Source: an uncultured Nitrososphaerales archaeon (GTDB lineage Archaea; Thermoproteota; Nitrososphaeria; Nitrososphaerales; Nitrososphaeraceae). Taken from it: a stretch of DNA of 64,000 nucleotides. Made by a program: the position numbers and the translations under genes. The DNA lies in assembly GCA_963695855.1 (NCBI GenBank), contig CAVOHZ010000010.1, positions 1,632,001 to 1,696,000 on the forward strand, in the 5' to 3' direction. Shown in pieces: positions 22,213-33,783 of this stretch; positions within the stretch are counted from its first letter, which is position 1; each line of letters opens with the position of its first letter. Below the pieces are notes generated by a model. That model did no database searches and was not told the DNA's origin. It saw only the letters and a list, made by a program, of their open reading frames with translations.

Positions 22213-22488
22213 CTAGTTTGCTGGTGGGGGAAGTGATTCCGGACATACTTGTATACATACTTTATCTTTTGGACAAGGCGGCATCGAACATATTTTAGAA
22301 AGATTTACGATCATAGACTTTTCTGTAATATTCTTACTATTTTTCACAGTAGTAGAATTATCAAATGTTACTGTATTATTTGCTTGATTTTGTATTATTC
22401 CTTCTATATTAGTAGAATTGAACAAAATAGTAATCAATACAGATAGAGAAATAAAAATGATTGTAATAGAGTAAATCTTTAATTGCAT
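22213..22488 (-). CDS. Small secreted Cys-rich protein
   Basis: Signal/TM helix; C-terminal CSMPPCPKDKVCIQVCP. Confidence 0.65.
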   Translation of the reverse strand: MQLKIYSITIIFISLSVLITILFNSTNIEGIIQNQANNTVTFDNSTTVKNSKNITEKSMIVNLSKICSMPPCPKDKVCIQVCPESLPPPAN

Positions 22489-23094
22489 ATAATATATCAG
22501 ATAGATCTTTATATATTTAAAAATTAGTATTTAAAATAATTTTAATATATTAATTTATAAAATTCATATTGAAATTAATTCCATAAATTTATAACTTATT
22601 ATTTTGTTATCAAGTTCAATTATATATAAATAAACAAATAATACAAATACAAAATATAATCAAAGTTATTATCAGATGATCTTGAGGAGTAAATCTTTAC
22701 TTTTGGATAAACTAACTATTATATTATGTAGAAGTTGAATATATTTCAACTTCATTTTTTATTTTTCGAATATTAAAAGATTTAAACATCAAAATCTGAT
22801 GTTTATTAAAATTGAGTAAAGCAGTGATATATAGATTTAAATAGTTTTAAAGTAGATCTGTTGGATTCACATAATATCAATTAATATCATTATTGACGAT
22901 GCAACCAGTCCCGTTAATATACTAAATACAGATAAAAAAATAGTTTGTTTTCTCATATTTTATAGTAAATAATATTTTTTGATTTATACGGTTCTGAGAA
23001 TTTTTCTAGCTGAATATTGTATCAAAGATTTTTATATAAAACGTATTTAAGTTTTTTAAGTATATTAAGTATATGTTACTAATTTATTAAAATA

Positions 23095-25677
23095 TTATTG
23101 ATGATTGTATGATATCTGTCTTTGAGAATTTTCATCATCATTAATCATAATTGAATGATAATTATTCCCTTCTATTTCTGCGTGAGATATTAGAAAAATT
23201 TGCTTGAAGCTTTTATCATTTATTAATATATTCATTATAATATTTCTTCTGGCTTCATCCAAGCTAGTTAATGGTTCATCTAAAATTATAAAATTGATCA
23301 TTGGAATCTTTTTTTCTATATATTTAAAAGGTCTTATAGTTGACATAAGTTTTGATATCGCTATTCTAAGTGCCAAACCAAGCGCGGATTCATCTCCACC
23401 ACTTAATTGTTCTTTGCTTTTTTGAACTCCATCTTTATCATCTAATAGAGTCATTGTTAATCCATGAGATATTTTGTCTTTGATTTTTCGCATGGTACTT
23501 GATACATTTGCTATTTTATACCTTCCTTCAGTAAAAGGTACAAGATAATAATTTGTGCTTCTCATCAAAACATTAGCAAGTTTACCTTCAACTATATCAT
23601 TTGATATGAATCCATCAATTTCACCAATTAGAAACAAAATATGCCTCAATGCATTCTCTTTTTCTTCTAATTCTTCTTCTGATTGAAGTAAATTATTAAT
23701 TCTTTTTATTCTTAGATTGATCTCATTTCGTAACAAGGAAACATCCTCTTTAATGATTTCAATTAAATTAGATTTTTCTTTAATATGTATTGTTAAATCA
23801 TTTCTTTTGGAGATCAATTCATCAATATTTTGACATAAAAATGGCCTCAATAGATCTTCTAAATTTACTATTTTTAAATTTTTATAATATTCGATTAAAA
23901 ATTTATTCGTTGATTCTATTTGTAATTTTGCTTGATTTTGTTGTGAAAAAAGATTATTTATTTCATTCATTAATCTTTCTAAGTTTATATTTTCTGATCT
24001 AAGTTTATCCTCAAAATTTTTGACAAGTTCTCTTGATGTAAAAATCTCATTTTCTTTTTTCATTATTTTTGAAAATAGATCGTCAATTATTTTATATGTT
24101 GACTTGGATATTTCATAATTACATTGAGATAATTCTATAATAGAATTTAACTCGTCATAAAAGTGAAATCGTTTTTCTATCATTCCACTAATAATTGGAA
24201 GGAGAAATTCTAAAGCTTGTTTTACATTTCTTTTATTATCTAATTGTTTTTCTATTTTTTGTAATTGTTTTTCTATAATACCGATATCAGTTTTAACAAT
24301 ATTTTCTTTTTGAGAAATATTATGTATTTCTCTTCGTATATTTGTAATCAAAATAGACTTATTATCTATAACATTTGAGCATATTGGACAAGTGTTATTA
24401 TTGCTGATATATTCCATACTACTTTTTTTAATATCAGATAAAATTTGATTTGTATTTAGAAGATGTTTATGTTCATCTAATAATTTAATACTCTTGTCTT
24501 TTTCATTTCCAAGATTTTTTATATCCTCATCATTTTTCTTTATTTCTAGTTTTATATCTTGTAAATTATCAATAGAAATATTTTGAAAATCAAATGAAGA
24601 TAATCCAGACTGTAATACTAGATTTTTGATATGTTTCTCATCATTTTCAATATTTTGTAAAATATCTCTAGCATTTTTAATATTACTTATTTTTGGATAT
24701 TTTTGAATTTCTTGTAATAACATATTTATGGTAATATTTAGATTGAATATTTTATCTTTATACTCTTTAATTCGATTTTTTTGAAATGATAAATTTTCTT
24801 TTTCCCGATCTGTAATTTTTTCTATATAATTTAGATTGTCTTGGTTTTTCTTAATAGTTTCAATATTTTTTTTTATCTCAAGCAATAATTCCTTTTTTGG
24901 ATATGTAACAAGAACATTCTCATCATGCAATAATTCTTTTTGTTCTAATGATAATTTTTCTTCTTTATCTTTCAAAATATTATTTTGCTTGTCTAATTCA
25001 ATTCTTTCTGTCATTAAATTTCCTATTTGAATATTCAAATTATTTATATCTTGATTAAGTTTATTTACTTTTTTTCTTAAATAGTTTTTAATCTTGAAGT
25101 CAAATTCTTCCAAACCAAAAAGATTTTTTATAAGATCTCGTAATTCACTTGGATCAGCTAATGCTAGTTTATCTACCTCTTTTTGTCTGATATATATTGT
25201 TTTTTCTATAGCTTCAGGATAAATTCCTAATAGTGATTCTATTTCTCTATTAACTGTACTCGTTCCTCGACAGATTTGAACGAATTTACATTTATTATCA
25301 TTGTTTACTCTCTCTTGCTTGAATAGTAATGCTGAGGATTTAATCGTGTTATTAATAGTATAATTAGTTTCGTTTTTTTGTATTTTTTTCTTTACTACCT
25401 CCATAGTTCTAATGACACGATATTGAACCTCACTAATCTCAAAAGTAACTATAACTTCACATTTTAATTCTCCATTTTTGATCAGTATTTTTCTATCTTT
25501 TTCTGCCATTAATTGTTCTCCTAAAATTCCCCAAAGAATCGCTTCAACGAAACTTGTTTTTCCCATGGAATTTTTTCCCTTAATAAAAAAAAAGCCTTCT
25601 TTAAAATATCCATCTGAAGGAATTGAAATATTATCAAAAGGTTTAAAATTTCGTGCCTCAATTTTTAATATTTTCAT
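23095..25677 (-). CDS. rad50: Rad50/SbcC SMC-like ATPase
   Basis: NFKPF, Walker A GKNSMGKTS, Q-loop YIRQ, Zn hook CPIC, LSGGD, IILDEP, ISH. Confidence 0.92.
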   Translation of the reverse strand: MKILKIEARNFKPFDNISIPSDGYFKEGFFFIKGKNSMGKTSFVEAILWGILGEQLMAEKDRKILIKNGELKCEVIVTFEISEVQYRVIRTMEVVKKKIQKNETNYTINNTIKSSALLFKQERVNNDNKCKFVQICRGTSTVNREIESLLGIYPEAIEKTIYIRQKEVDKLALADPSELRDLIKNLFGLEEFDFKIKNYLRKKVNKLNQDINNLNIQIGNLMTERIELDKQNNILKDKEEKLSLEQKELLHDENVLVTYPKKELLLEIKKNIETIKKNQDNLNYIEKITDREKENLSFQKNRIKEYKDKIFNLNITINMLLQEIQKYPKISNIKNARDILQNIENDEKHIKNLVLQSGLSSFDFQNISIDNLQDIKLEIKKNDEDIKNLGNEKDKSIKLLDEHKHLLNTNQILSDIKKSSMEYISNNNTCPICSNVIDNKSILITNIRREIHNISQKENIVKTDIGIIEKQLQKIEKQLDNKRNVKQALEFLLPIISGMIEKRFHFYDELNSIIELSQCNYEISKSTYKIIDDLFSKIMKKENEIFTSRELVKNFEDKLRSENINLERLMNEINNLFSQQNQAKLQIESTNKFLIEYYKNLKIVNLEDLLRPFLCQNIDELISKRNDLTIHIKEKSNLIEIIKEDVSLLRNEINLRIKRINNLLQSEEELEEKENALRHILFLIGEIDGFISNDIVEGKLANVLMRSTNYYLVPFTEGRYKIANVSSTMRKIKDKISHGLTMTLLDDKDGVQKSKEQLSGGDESALGLALRIAISKLMSTIRPFKYIEKKIPMINFIILDEPLTSLDEARRNIIMNILINDKSFKQIFLISHAEIEGNNYHSIMINDDENSQRQISYNHQ

Positions 25678-25688
25678 TATGGAATCAC

Positions 25689-26951
25689 CTATTCTTTTAG
25701 AGCTTCAAAGAAAAATTTAGCTAATAAATTCGAATCTAAATTGTGTTTTTTTAGATCTGCCTTTCTAGTAGAATCTACATACTCTTTAAATTCTTGTTCT
25801 GGATCTTCTATCAAATATTCAATAAATGGATCATCTTGTCCAATTTTATTACTAGATTCATTAAAATCTGAGTAATGTGGAACATCTAAAATAAATTCCA
25901 CAATATTATATTCATTACTATCTAACGTAATTTTATTTAAATATGATACTATTTCATTTAGATGAAAGGAAGATCCATAATTTTTGTTACCTTTTAAGCT
26001 GATTTTAACTCTCGCGGCCGTAAAATAATTGTATTCAACATTCAAATCATGTTGATTAAATATATCCTTAACTCTTTCTATAATCTGTATATTAGTATCA
26101 TTTTCTAATATTTTTACTTCTTCTACAACTATTTTTCTTTGACGTTTAAAAAATTTTGGATTTATTTTTGATTTATGTTCATTAGAATTTATATTTATTA
26201 TTAAATAACCTTTATCATAACTTTGTTCCCCAAAACTCCATAGCTCTGTGGAACCAGAATACCATGCTGTATCAGTTACTTGTTGCATTTTATGGTTATC
26301 TCCAAGAGCTACATAATCATAGTTTGCCATTAAAAAATCACTATGTAACGTATTATTTTCTATCATTCCATGAGCTAATCCAACATTTATCATATTAGGA
26401 TCAATGTTATTATTTTGAATTAAAATCCATTCTTTGTATTTTGTAAATAATTGAGACATATCGTTAGATTCGATTGATGGATGAGCGTGAATTCTTAAGT
26501 TAAGTTCTTGGAAGTCTTTGAACAAAGGTTTCTTGTCTCTAATACTATCTCTTATATCAAAATAGGTAAATAGATGAACATTATCAAAGAGAATTGGATA
26601 TTCACTCAATGTAGAAATTCGGTATTGTGTAAATCTTCCATGATTTCCGTCGATAAGCACTATAGGTATCTTATTGTGATGTAATGTTTTAAACGTCTCT
26701 GCAACAACTTTCCTAGCAAGTTCCGGTGGTGGATTGGGATCATTTGCTGAAGGAGTATCAAAAAAATCTCCACTATGTAAAATAATATCTGGTTTTAGAT
26801 TACTATCAGTTATAATTTCGTCTACGAATCTCTTCCAGACATTATAGAAATCATCTTCGATTGGCTTTATTTCTTGATTAATTATAGAAGGTCTTGTTCT
26901 TTTTGGTCTTTTACCAAGATGAGTATCAGAAATATGAATAATCTTTAGAAT
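25689..26951 (-). CDS. mre11: Mre11/SbcD metallophosphoesterase nuclease (extended 97 codons beyond the ORF track)
   Basis: Open frame upstream of 26660 gives IIHISDTHLG and HSGDFFD, then GNHG, AHG, YVALGDNH, YSGS; probable ATT start after GGTGA. Confidence 0.88.
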   Translation of the reverse strand: MLKIIHISDTHLGKRPKRTRPSIINQEIKPIEDDFYNVWKRFVDEIITDSNLKPDIILHSGDFFDTPSANDPNPPPELARKVVAETFKTLHHNKIPIVLIDGNHGRFTQYRISTLSEYPILFDNVHLFTYFDIRDSIRDKKPLFKDFQELNLRIHAHPSIESNDMSQLFTKYKEWILIQNNNIDPNMINVGLAHGMIENNTLHSDFLMANYDYVALGDNHKMQQVTDTAWYSGSTELWSFGEQSYDKGYLIININSNEHKSKINPKFFKRQRKIVVEEVKILENDTNIQIIERVKDIFNQHDLNVEYNYFTAARVKISLKGNKNYGSSFHLNEIVSYLNKITLDSNEYNIVEFILDVPHYSDFNESSNKIGQDDPFIEYLIEDPEQEFKEYVDSTRKADLKKHNLDSNLLAKFFFEALKE

Positions 26952-26992
26952 AAACCTATCACCCTTGTTTGATAAATAAGTAATTATTCAAT

Positions 26993-28879
26993 TCAAAAAT
27001 CATAACTATCTTGAGTATAAGAGAGATTGTTTTTTGACATTTGATTGTATGACAATAGTTTATTTTCTTTGATAAAACTTTCAGATAGATTAAAGACATT
27101 TAAAAATAATGGGGTTCCAGCAAATGAAAGTGGTGAAACTGGACCCTGACTCATAAAGGAATATTTTTTAGACTTAGTATTAAATGAGTTTGCAGGATCA
27201 GTAAAGGACTTGTATAATTTGATAGCATTCTGGTCTGATACCAACTCTTTCATAGTTACTAGATCACTTCCTAAAGATAATCCAAACCCACAAAAAAGTA
27301 TTCTTAATTGTTGTAATATGTCTTTGTGGATACTTGATAAAGAAGTACTAATAAACATCCATCCGAGTCCATATTTTCTAGTAGTTCTTACGGCATCTAA
27401 TAATGCTAATCTTACATTTTCTAAATCGTTAGAGTTTTCATATTTTTCTCTCCTTGCGAATCTATGTGCTTCATCCAATACAACTAAAGTATTTAAAGAA
27501 TTATTTTGTTCCCAACTTTTTTCTCCCAAATAGATTAAGCCATAAAGAAGTCGCTTTAGAACTAGAGCTTGTATAGTTTCATTCCAATAATCTAATTTCA
27601 TGTTATGAGCGCTTTGTAAAGAGAGATCAACTATGATCATAGGTTTATCATCAAAAGTAAATTTCTTTAGCAAGGAGTCTACAGTTTGTGCACCAGGTCT
27701 ATAATGAAATAATTGACAAATAGGTTTCCAGATTTTTTCGTAAATATAATCCTTATCTAATTCAGAAAGAACAGTGTTTAACCTTGACCGTGGTTCTGCT
27801 GTAGAATAGATTAGTAACTGAATATTTGGATTATGCAAAATATTAAGTACTTTGTGAAATGATTCTAGTTCTACTAGATTGGTTAGAGTTATATGTTGTC
27901 TACTTTTCAATTCATTAATTAAAATATTTGCTGCATCTCTTTTATTTTCTCCCTTTATTGATAAATATGAAAAGAATGATGATTCATATAGAATTTCTTC
28001 AAAAAGATCCCATCTATCTAATATTAGATTTCTAATATTAACTACTTCAAATTTTTTACCTAAAGATAATAAAACTTCTTTCATATTTATATAAAATCCA
28101 TTATTTTTTTGCTTAGTATAGATTTCAGTTGTATCAAAGATTGTTTCTTTTGAAAACTCACCTACTGGATCAAATATCAATAATCCCATTGAGGGATATT
28201 TAGAATACGCCATAAAAATCATTTTAGCTAATGTTGATTTTCCAGAACCTGTTGTACCAAATATTCCTAAATGATATGCTTCACCAGCTCCGTTGGGACC
28301 ATCACCAAAATGTTTGAACCACATAGGTAATTTGGTTTTTGATCCATAAACATGTCCAAGATAAAATAATTTATCCAAATGTTTTTCTAATAGGGAATCT
28401 AAAACGGCATCGTTTGTTAAATGGATGAATGTTCCTGTAGGAGGTACAGTTCCTAATAAACTAGTATCAAAAAAATTTTCCTCTTTACTATTACTAAATA
28501 CTGCACTACACAACAGTTTTCCGACATGTGTATCTTGAATACCACTTATAGGATTAACTAGACCTCTTTGTCGTGCAACAGATTTTATTGTTGGATCTTC
28601 TAACAGTGCATTTTTAAGCTCTATTTCGGTGATTTGTCCTAAGGAATAATTGGATTGTGAATCCTGTATGAATTTAAAAATTACTAATTCGCCAACTAAT
28701 TTTTTAGTTACTGCATTATGTAAAATATTTAGACTTAATTCACTTGTAGATGATGGTGAGCCTATCGTACCTATAGGTTCGGTATTTAACAGTAATTGGT
28801 CTAGTTTATGATCACAACTTGATTTTATATCATAGTTTTCATTATATTTGTTGGGATCATAATTTGCATTATTTTCCAT
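26993..28879 (-). CDS. herA: HerA-like ATPase/DNA translocase
   Basis: HAS-barrel-like N-terminus, HLGIFGTTGSGKS, FDPVGEF, LDEAHRF, TRKYGLG. Confidence 0.88.
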   Translation of the reverse strand: MENNANYDPNKYNENYDIKSSCDHKLDQLLLNTEPIGTIGSPSSTSELSLNILHNAVTKKLVGELVIFKFIQDSQSNYSLGQITEIELKNALLEDPTIKSVARQRGLVNPISGIQDTHVGKLLCSAVFSNSKEENFFDTSLLGTVPPTGTFIHLTNDAVLDSLLEKHLDKLFYLGHVYGSKTKLPMWFKHFGDGPNGAGEAYHLGIFGTTGSGKSTLAKMIFMAYSKYPSMGLLIFDPVGEFSKETIFDTTEIYTKQKNNGFYINMKEVLLSLGKKFEVVNIRNLILDRWDLFEEILYESSFFSYLSIKGENKRDAANILINELKSRQHITLTNLVELESFHKVLNILHNPNIQLLIYSTAEPRSRLNTVLSELDKDYIYEKIWKPICQLFHYRPGAQTVDSLLKKFTFDDKPMIIVDLSLQSAHNMKLDYWNETIQALVLKRLLYGLIYLGEKSWEQNNSLNTLVVLDEAHRFARREKYENSNDLENVRLALLDAVRTTRKYGLGWMFISTSLSSIHKDILQQLRILFCGFGLSLGSDLVTMKELVSDQNAIKLYKSFTDPANSFNTKSKKYSFMSQGPVSPLSFAGTPLFLNVFNLSESFIKENKLLSYNQMSKNNLSYTQDSYDF

Positions 28880-28887
28880 ATTCTTTT

Positions 28888-30090
28888 CTACATCCCACTT
28901 TCTGTTCTATACGAATGCATTATAAAAATGATATCAGAGATGTCTTCTCTAGTATTGTCTTTTTCAAGTTCTGCTAAACTATTTGTTAGAATTTGTTTAT
29001 ATGCAGGAATGGCTGGTGCTATATGCTTAACTATCCGATCTGCAAGATAGAGAGGATATGGCTCTATAATTGATGGAACGATACATTGATTTTTTATTGT
29101 TTGAAGTAATGGATGTAGTCTGTTGTTATCAATAGCTATCGAATATGGAATTTCTATCCTCAAAGCTGGCGACCATTTGTATGGCTTATAATATATAACA
29201 TGAAGTTGTATAATTTTTTCAAGCACATCTTTCATTAAGCTTTCGAGCTCGTTGTGTTCCTTTTTGGAATTTTCATTATTTTCATAATAAAAATTTGGAA
29301 TTTTCATATGCCAATTTTCTTTGATTGTAAATGGTCTTGGTATTGTGTATTCTCCCTCGTTTAATATCAAAGTTAAAATGGCGCGATCATCATAGTCTCT
29401 GGGCCAATCAAAAATATCTCCAATGTCATTTCGAGAAGTATATTTTGGTATTCCTACCCATTGTTTTTCTACATTACTCGATTCTAAAATTATCTTGTAA
29501 GAGAGTAGAAATTCTTTATACGAATCTCTGATTTTATTGGCTGTAGTTGTTTTTCGTTTTTCTATGAAATCAATCGCTTTATACATATGTATAAGGCCAG
29601 TTGTAAGTGATCCGTCCAAGAAAATTAGATTATATGGTGAATTGGCTGCTAAATTTATCTCCATTTCAAGCATTAGACCTCTTGCAGCAATCATATTTTC
29701 AGGATCATGTTTTTCAGTATTGATAAACACGTTATGATTTGGTGATTCCCATTTTCCCTTTTGTTGATTCGAAGACATTAGACCTTCTACACCTACAGTT
29801 CCTATAGCAATAAGATCAGTTCCAAGAAGTCTTTCTATAGCATAAGCTCCATCTACTGCACAACACGTCAACGGTTGAGATTTTATTTCAGAATCATTTT
29901 TTAATATACAGGATTTATCTAATTGGGAACGAAAGTAATTTTTTTTCTTTTTAATAGTATTGATTGAATTAAATAATTCGGTTCCAATCTGTGTTGTTTT
30001 GGATAACATTTCTTCAACCATGGAGGCTGGAATATCTAAAAATGGGTAATTACTAAAATTATTGTAAATTGTTGCATCATTTCTATTCAT
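28888..30090 (-). CDS. nurA: NurA-family nuclease
   Basis: AVDG, FLDGSL, IPK, EPYPLYLADRIVK; directly upstream of herA. Confidence 0.85.
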   Translation of the reverse strand: MNRNDATIYNNFSNYPFLDIPASMVEEMLSKTTQIGTELFNSINTIKKKKNYFRSQLDKSCILKNDSEIKSQPLTCCAVDGAYAIERLLGTDLIAIGTVGVEGLMSSNQQKGKWESPNHNVFINTEKHDPENMIAARGLMLEMEINLAANSPYNLIFLDGSLTTGLIHMYKAIDFIEKRKTTTANKIRDSYKEFLLSYKIILESSNVEKQWVGIPKYTSRNDIGDIFDWPRDYDDRAILTLILNEGEYTIPRPFTIKENWHMKIPNFYYENNENSKKEHNELESLMKDVLEKIIQLHVIYYKPYKWSPALRIEIPYSIAIDNNRLHPLLQTIKNQCIVPSIIEPYPLYLADRIVKHIAPAIPAYKQILTNSLAELEKDNTREDISDIIFIMHSYRTESGM

Positions 30091-30300
30091 AAATTATATC
30101 GAAATTGTTATTGTTTTTATTTAATTTTAATGATTGGTTTTTTTAAAAGGTCTATCCATCTGGAATTTATGTTTTATACTTTATATTAGACATATATTAC
30201 CATTATTTTTTATTATATAAAAACAGTTCCAGATGTTCTAGACTTGTATAAAATATGTTTATTTTTATAAAATGATCAAAATGATCTATTAGTAAATATA

Positions 30301-31205
30301 GGCTCTGTAGAATCCATTTAATAATAATTAAATTTAGCATCGTATGAAGATTGTATGTAATACATCTGAAAGTCAATTCTCTGTTCTGCATTCGTATTAA
30401 TCTGGATGATATATGTTCTCCAAACAATCTTTTTATGACTGATACAATAGTTTCATCTTTGTTACGTTGATTGTACAGAATCTCTGAATAGCCACATTTC
30501 ATTTCTTTTCTGTATTTGCCACGAGTTTTCCATATTGGTACATCTTTTTCATATCTTGATGGTATAACACTGAATCCGTTTAGTTTCTCTCTAACTAGTA
30601 CATGATTATCCTCACTATCATATGCTTTATCAGCAACAACTACCGATAATGGTTTTATTTTTGATATTCTTGTTGTCACTGGTCTAAAATCTATGTTATC
30701 ATGTCTTGTTGGAGCTCGCCTTATCTTTATAGAACAGACTATTTGTTGTAATACATCTGCACCAATTGACAATTTAGCATATTTCTTCCTTCGTAGTTTT
30801 GCTCTGCTAGTATAGTACTCTGATGCATGTGTTATTTTGAATCCAGTCGAATCTATGCCAGTAAATATGCGTCTTGTTCCTGTGAATAAGATAAAAGATG
30901 AGATTATCTTTCCAAGCATCACTACATTGATTCTATCTGTGAATTTCTGTAATGTTGTATAATGTGGTATTTTGGATAGTTGTAAAAACAATCTCAAATA
31001 GTATGCTTCATTCAACAAGCCAGTCTGTAAACATTCGATAACTCTTACCTTCATACTGTCTTCTTATTGTAACAAGTACTATGTGTTGCCATACTGTGTA
31101 AATGTGGTTGCTCTTTCTATGCAAATATAATGGAATTCTGTAATGTTTGAGAATACGTAATAGTTGATCTGCTAATCTAACATATTTTGATTGTTGTTTG
31201 TTCAA
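30301..31205 (-). pseudogene. IS5-family DDE transposase, frameshifted
   Basis: IPHYTTLQKF, GIDSTGF, ADKAYDSE, YNQRNKDET; split by a TGAA duplication near 31010. Confidence 0.85.
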
Positions 31206-31251
31206 TAATTAATGGTAGAATGTTGCTAGCTATGATGGTTTCTACAGGGCC
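30301..31251 (-). mobile_element. IS5-family (ISH1-like) insertion sequence, 951 bp
   Basis: 17-bp imperfect TIRs GGCTCTGTAGAATCCAT / GGCCCTGTAGAAACCAT; 8-bp target duplication TAAATATA (30293-30300, 31252-31259). Confidence 0.9.
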
Positions 31252-32141
31252 TAAATATATTTAACTTTAAGTATATAGAAATTCCAAATTTCGTCTAAAG
31301 TTGAGTATTAGAAACAGTATGAAAGTAGACATAGTATGTATATTTCTTTAGATTAATAGATAGCTGTAGTGACTTGCTAAATTTTAATGACCCATAAAAA
31401 TATGTAATTGAATCTTTGGATTCATATAAAGTATGTCTAGTTTATATAATAATTGCAGCATATATTAAATTAATTTAAATATAATATATTACGTTATAGA
31501 AGAAATGATTTTCAAGCGCTGCTTTAGTAATAATTTTAGAGGATCTAGGAAATATTACTTTTTTCATCTATAGCAACAGTTGTCGAAGAATCACTGAAAT
31601 TGCAAACTTTGTCGGAGGTTGTATCACGTATATCGAAGAATCATTTGGAAAAATTCACGATGTAAATGGAAAATATAGTGAGGATATAGAAAACGATAGT
31701 GACAAGATTCATCATATAATAAAGTGTATATTGATAAAACTGGCTATCCTGAAATCATCGAAATCTAACGATCCACAAGAAGTGAAATCTGAGTAATTAG
31801 TTGATAATTTGGTATATTCGTGGTCCTGTACAACAAATAGACACCTTTCATATAGGTTACAACATATTTTGATGATTTTATTTTAGCCCACAATAATGAA
31901 AATAGCTAAAAAAATCAAAAGATGAGACGTATAAGTAAATTTAATAATAATATAGTCACGCAAATTATTTTATTTAACTTTTAATAATTGTTATGCTATC
32001 ACACTAATTTTCAGGTAAAATAACGACTGTTTACTTCAATTTTTATATTGTTTAGAATATATATCTTAGAATATAGCTTGGATTTCAATTTCGGCAATTG
32101 AAATATAAAACTTTTTATAAATTAGATTATTTACTTCTTTA

Positions 32142-32435
32142 ATGAAAAAAATCTTTACATTAGCAATAATAGCTCTTGCAATAGGCATTATTGGCATAGC
32201 AAGCAATTCATTGAATATATTGGCTCAAATGGCAGACGAGGGAACAAATAGTATGAATGCTACAAATGCAACAGCAGCAACAACTGCATCAGCAGGGACA
32301 ACATCAGGTTCTCAAATGGCCGATAATGGTGACGATAAAAAAGATAATGGTGATGACGATGACGATAAAAAAGATAATGGTGACGATAAAAAAGATAATG
32401 GTGATGACGATGACGATAAAAAGAACAAAGACTAA
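32142..32435 (+). CDS. Secreted low-complexity protein with DNGDDKK repeats
   Basis: Signal peptide, Thr/Ala linker, acidic tandem repeats. Confidence 0.75.
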   Translation: MKKIFTLAIIALAIGIIGIASNSLNILAQMADEGTNSMNATNATAATTASAGTTSGSQMADNGDDKKDNGDDDDDKKDNGDDKKDNGDDDDDKKNKD

Positions 32436-32644
32436 TAATCATTAGAAGATAAAAAACAATTCATATATTTTTTTACCGAAGTATATGAAAAGATTAATCT
32501 CTTATAATCATTGTAATCCAAAAATAATTTATTTTTTAGTTGACAAATATTAAAAATTTAATCTCAACTTTTTAAAATGAATATAAACATACTAATGAAT
32601 AATTCTAAATATTTGTTTGGAATATAATATTGTACTATAAATCT

Positions 32645-32800
32645 ATGAAACGCATGAATAAAAAGCTAATGCAAGAACAAGTACAGAGTCAAAAACCGCA
32701 GCAACAGCAGGAGAAGAAAGTAGCTTATAGGTCCAAATATTCGCCTTATCAGAAGTTCCTAAACTCCATACATACGTACCCAGATTCATTTGCTAGTTGA
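32645..32800 (+). pseudogene. Short gene fragment, possibly an integrase N-terminus
   Basis: MKRMNKK...SKYSPYQKFLNSIH; ends against the convergent HTH remnant. Confidence 0.25.
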
Positions 32801-33255
32801 CGATGATTCAATTTTTTCTATTCGTTCCTGTAAGGAGTTTAGAGCCATAACAGAAGGCCCTTTCTCTATCAATGAAAATTTAGATTCACAAGTTTCTTTA
32901 ATTATTTTTAATGCTAGTAGTCGATCTTTTTGAGAAATTTGGTTATCATCATTAAAAATATTCCAAGATTTCTGCTGGATCTGATCCATTGTATCAATAC
33001 ATCCTTTATAATAAAATCCTAAATCTTTGGCTAAATCAAATACAAATTTTTGAGATAACTTCTTTAAAAATTTGATATCTCTACAAATAGTAGAAACATT
33101 ACAATGTAGTTCTCTTGCTATTTCAGTTTCTGATTTAGATTGAGCCTATAACTTGGCTACCAATCGTCTTCTCTCTTCAATAATGAATTTTGATTTGCCG
33201 TTATTATTATCGTTATTATTGTCATAATCAAATTTAAAATTAGAATTTTGCTGAT
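32786..33255 (-). pseudogene. HTH DNA-binding protein with in-frame TAG, 5' end truncated
   Basis: ERRRLVAKL*AQSKSETEIARELHCNVSTICRDIK in frame with ORF 32786-32989; TAG at 33146-33148. Confidence 0.7.
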
Positions 33256-33260
33256 CTACA

Positions 33261-33783
33261 ATGTGGGGATTTAGTCATACAAAGGAGGGTTGGATATTTG
33301 GATACAAGTTGCATCTGGTAGGTAGCAAATACTGGTCTATCATTGTATCTTTGAGAGCAGCAGATTTTACAACTGCTAACATACCTGACAACCAGATGTA
33401 CAGTGTATTGACAGCAAGTCTACCTGTTACAATCATTAGAGAAATATTATTCATGTCTGCAGATCCTGGCTACGATGATCATGAATTGTACGATCTCAGT
33501 ACAGATATGGGATTTAGATTGGTGTGTCCTGTACAGAGATATAAAAATACACCTGCTGATAGGATAAAATTGATAGAATTTTATGAATCTAATGTTAGAC
33601 AGACTATCTATTTATTGAGAAGTACATCTATAGAACCGTTAATAGGGCATATCAAATCTGCGTTCAGGATAGAGCATGTGCAATAGTACTTCTATCAGTT
33701 TTGCTATATCAGATACTTGCATACTACAACTGTAAAATCGATAGAGATAATCCTATGGCAATTAAATACTTGATAGGAACATA
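33261..33783 (+). pseudogene. DDE transposase remnant (C-terminal part)
   Basis: WIFGYKLHL, TANIPD, ADPGYDD, RSTSIEP. Confidence 0.8.

Noticed and set aside
31500-31800. Open stretch without a start codon
   Set aside because: No recognisable motif; probable remnant
32322-32420. Tandem repeat as CRISPR or His-rich antisense ORF
   Set aside because: It is the coding DNGDDKK repeat of the secreted protein
33146-33148. In-frame TAG as evidence of pyrrolysine or amber recoding
   Set aside because: The gene is also truncated, TGA and frameshift lesions are common nearby, and intact genes here end in TAG
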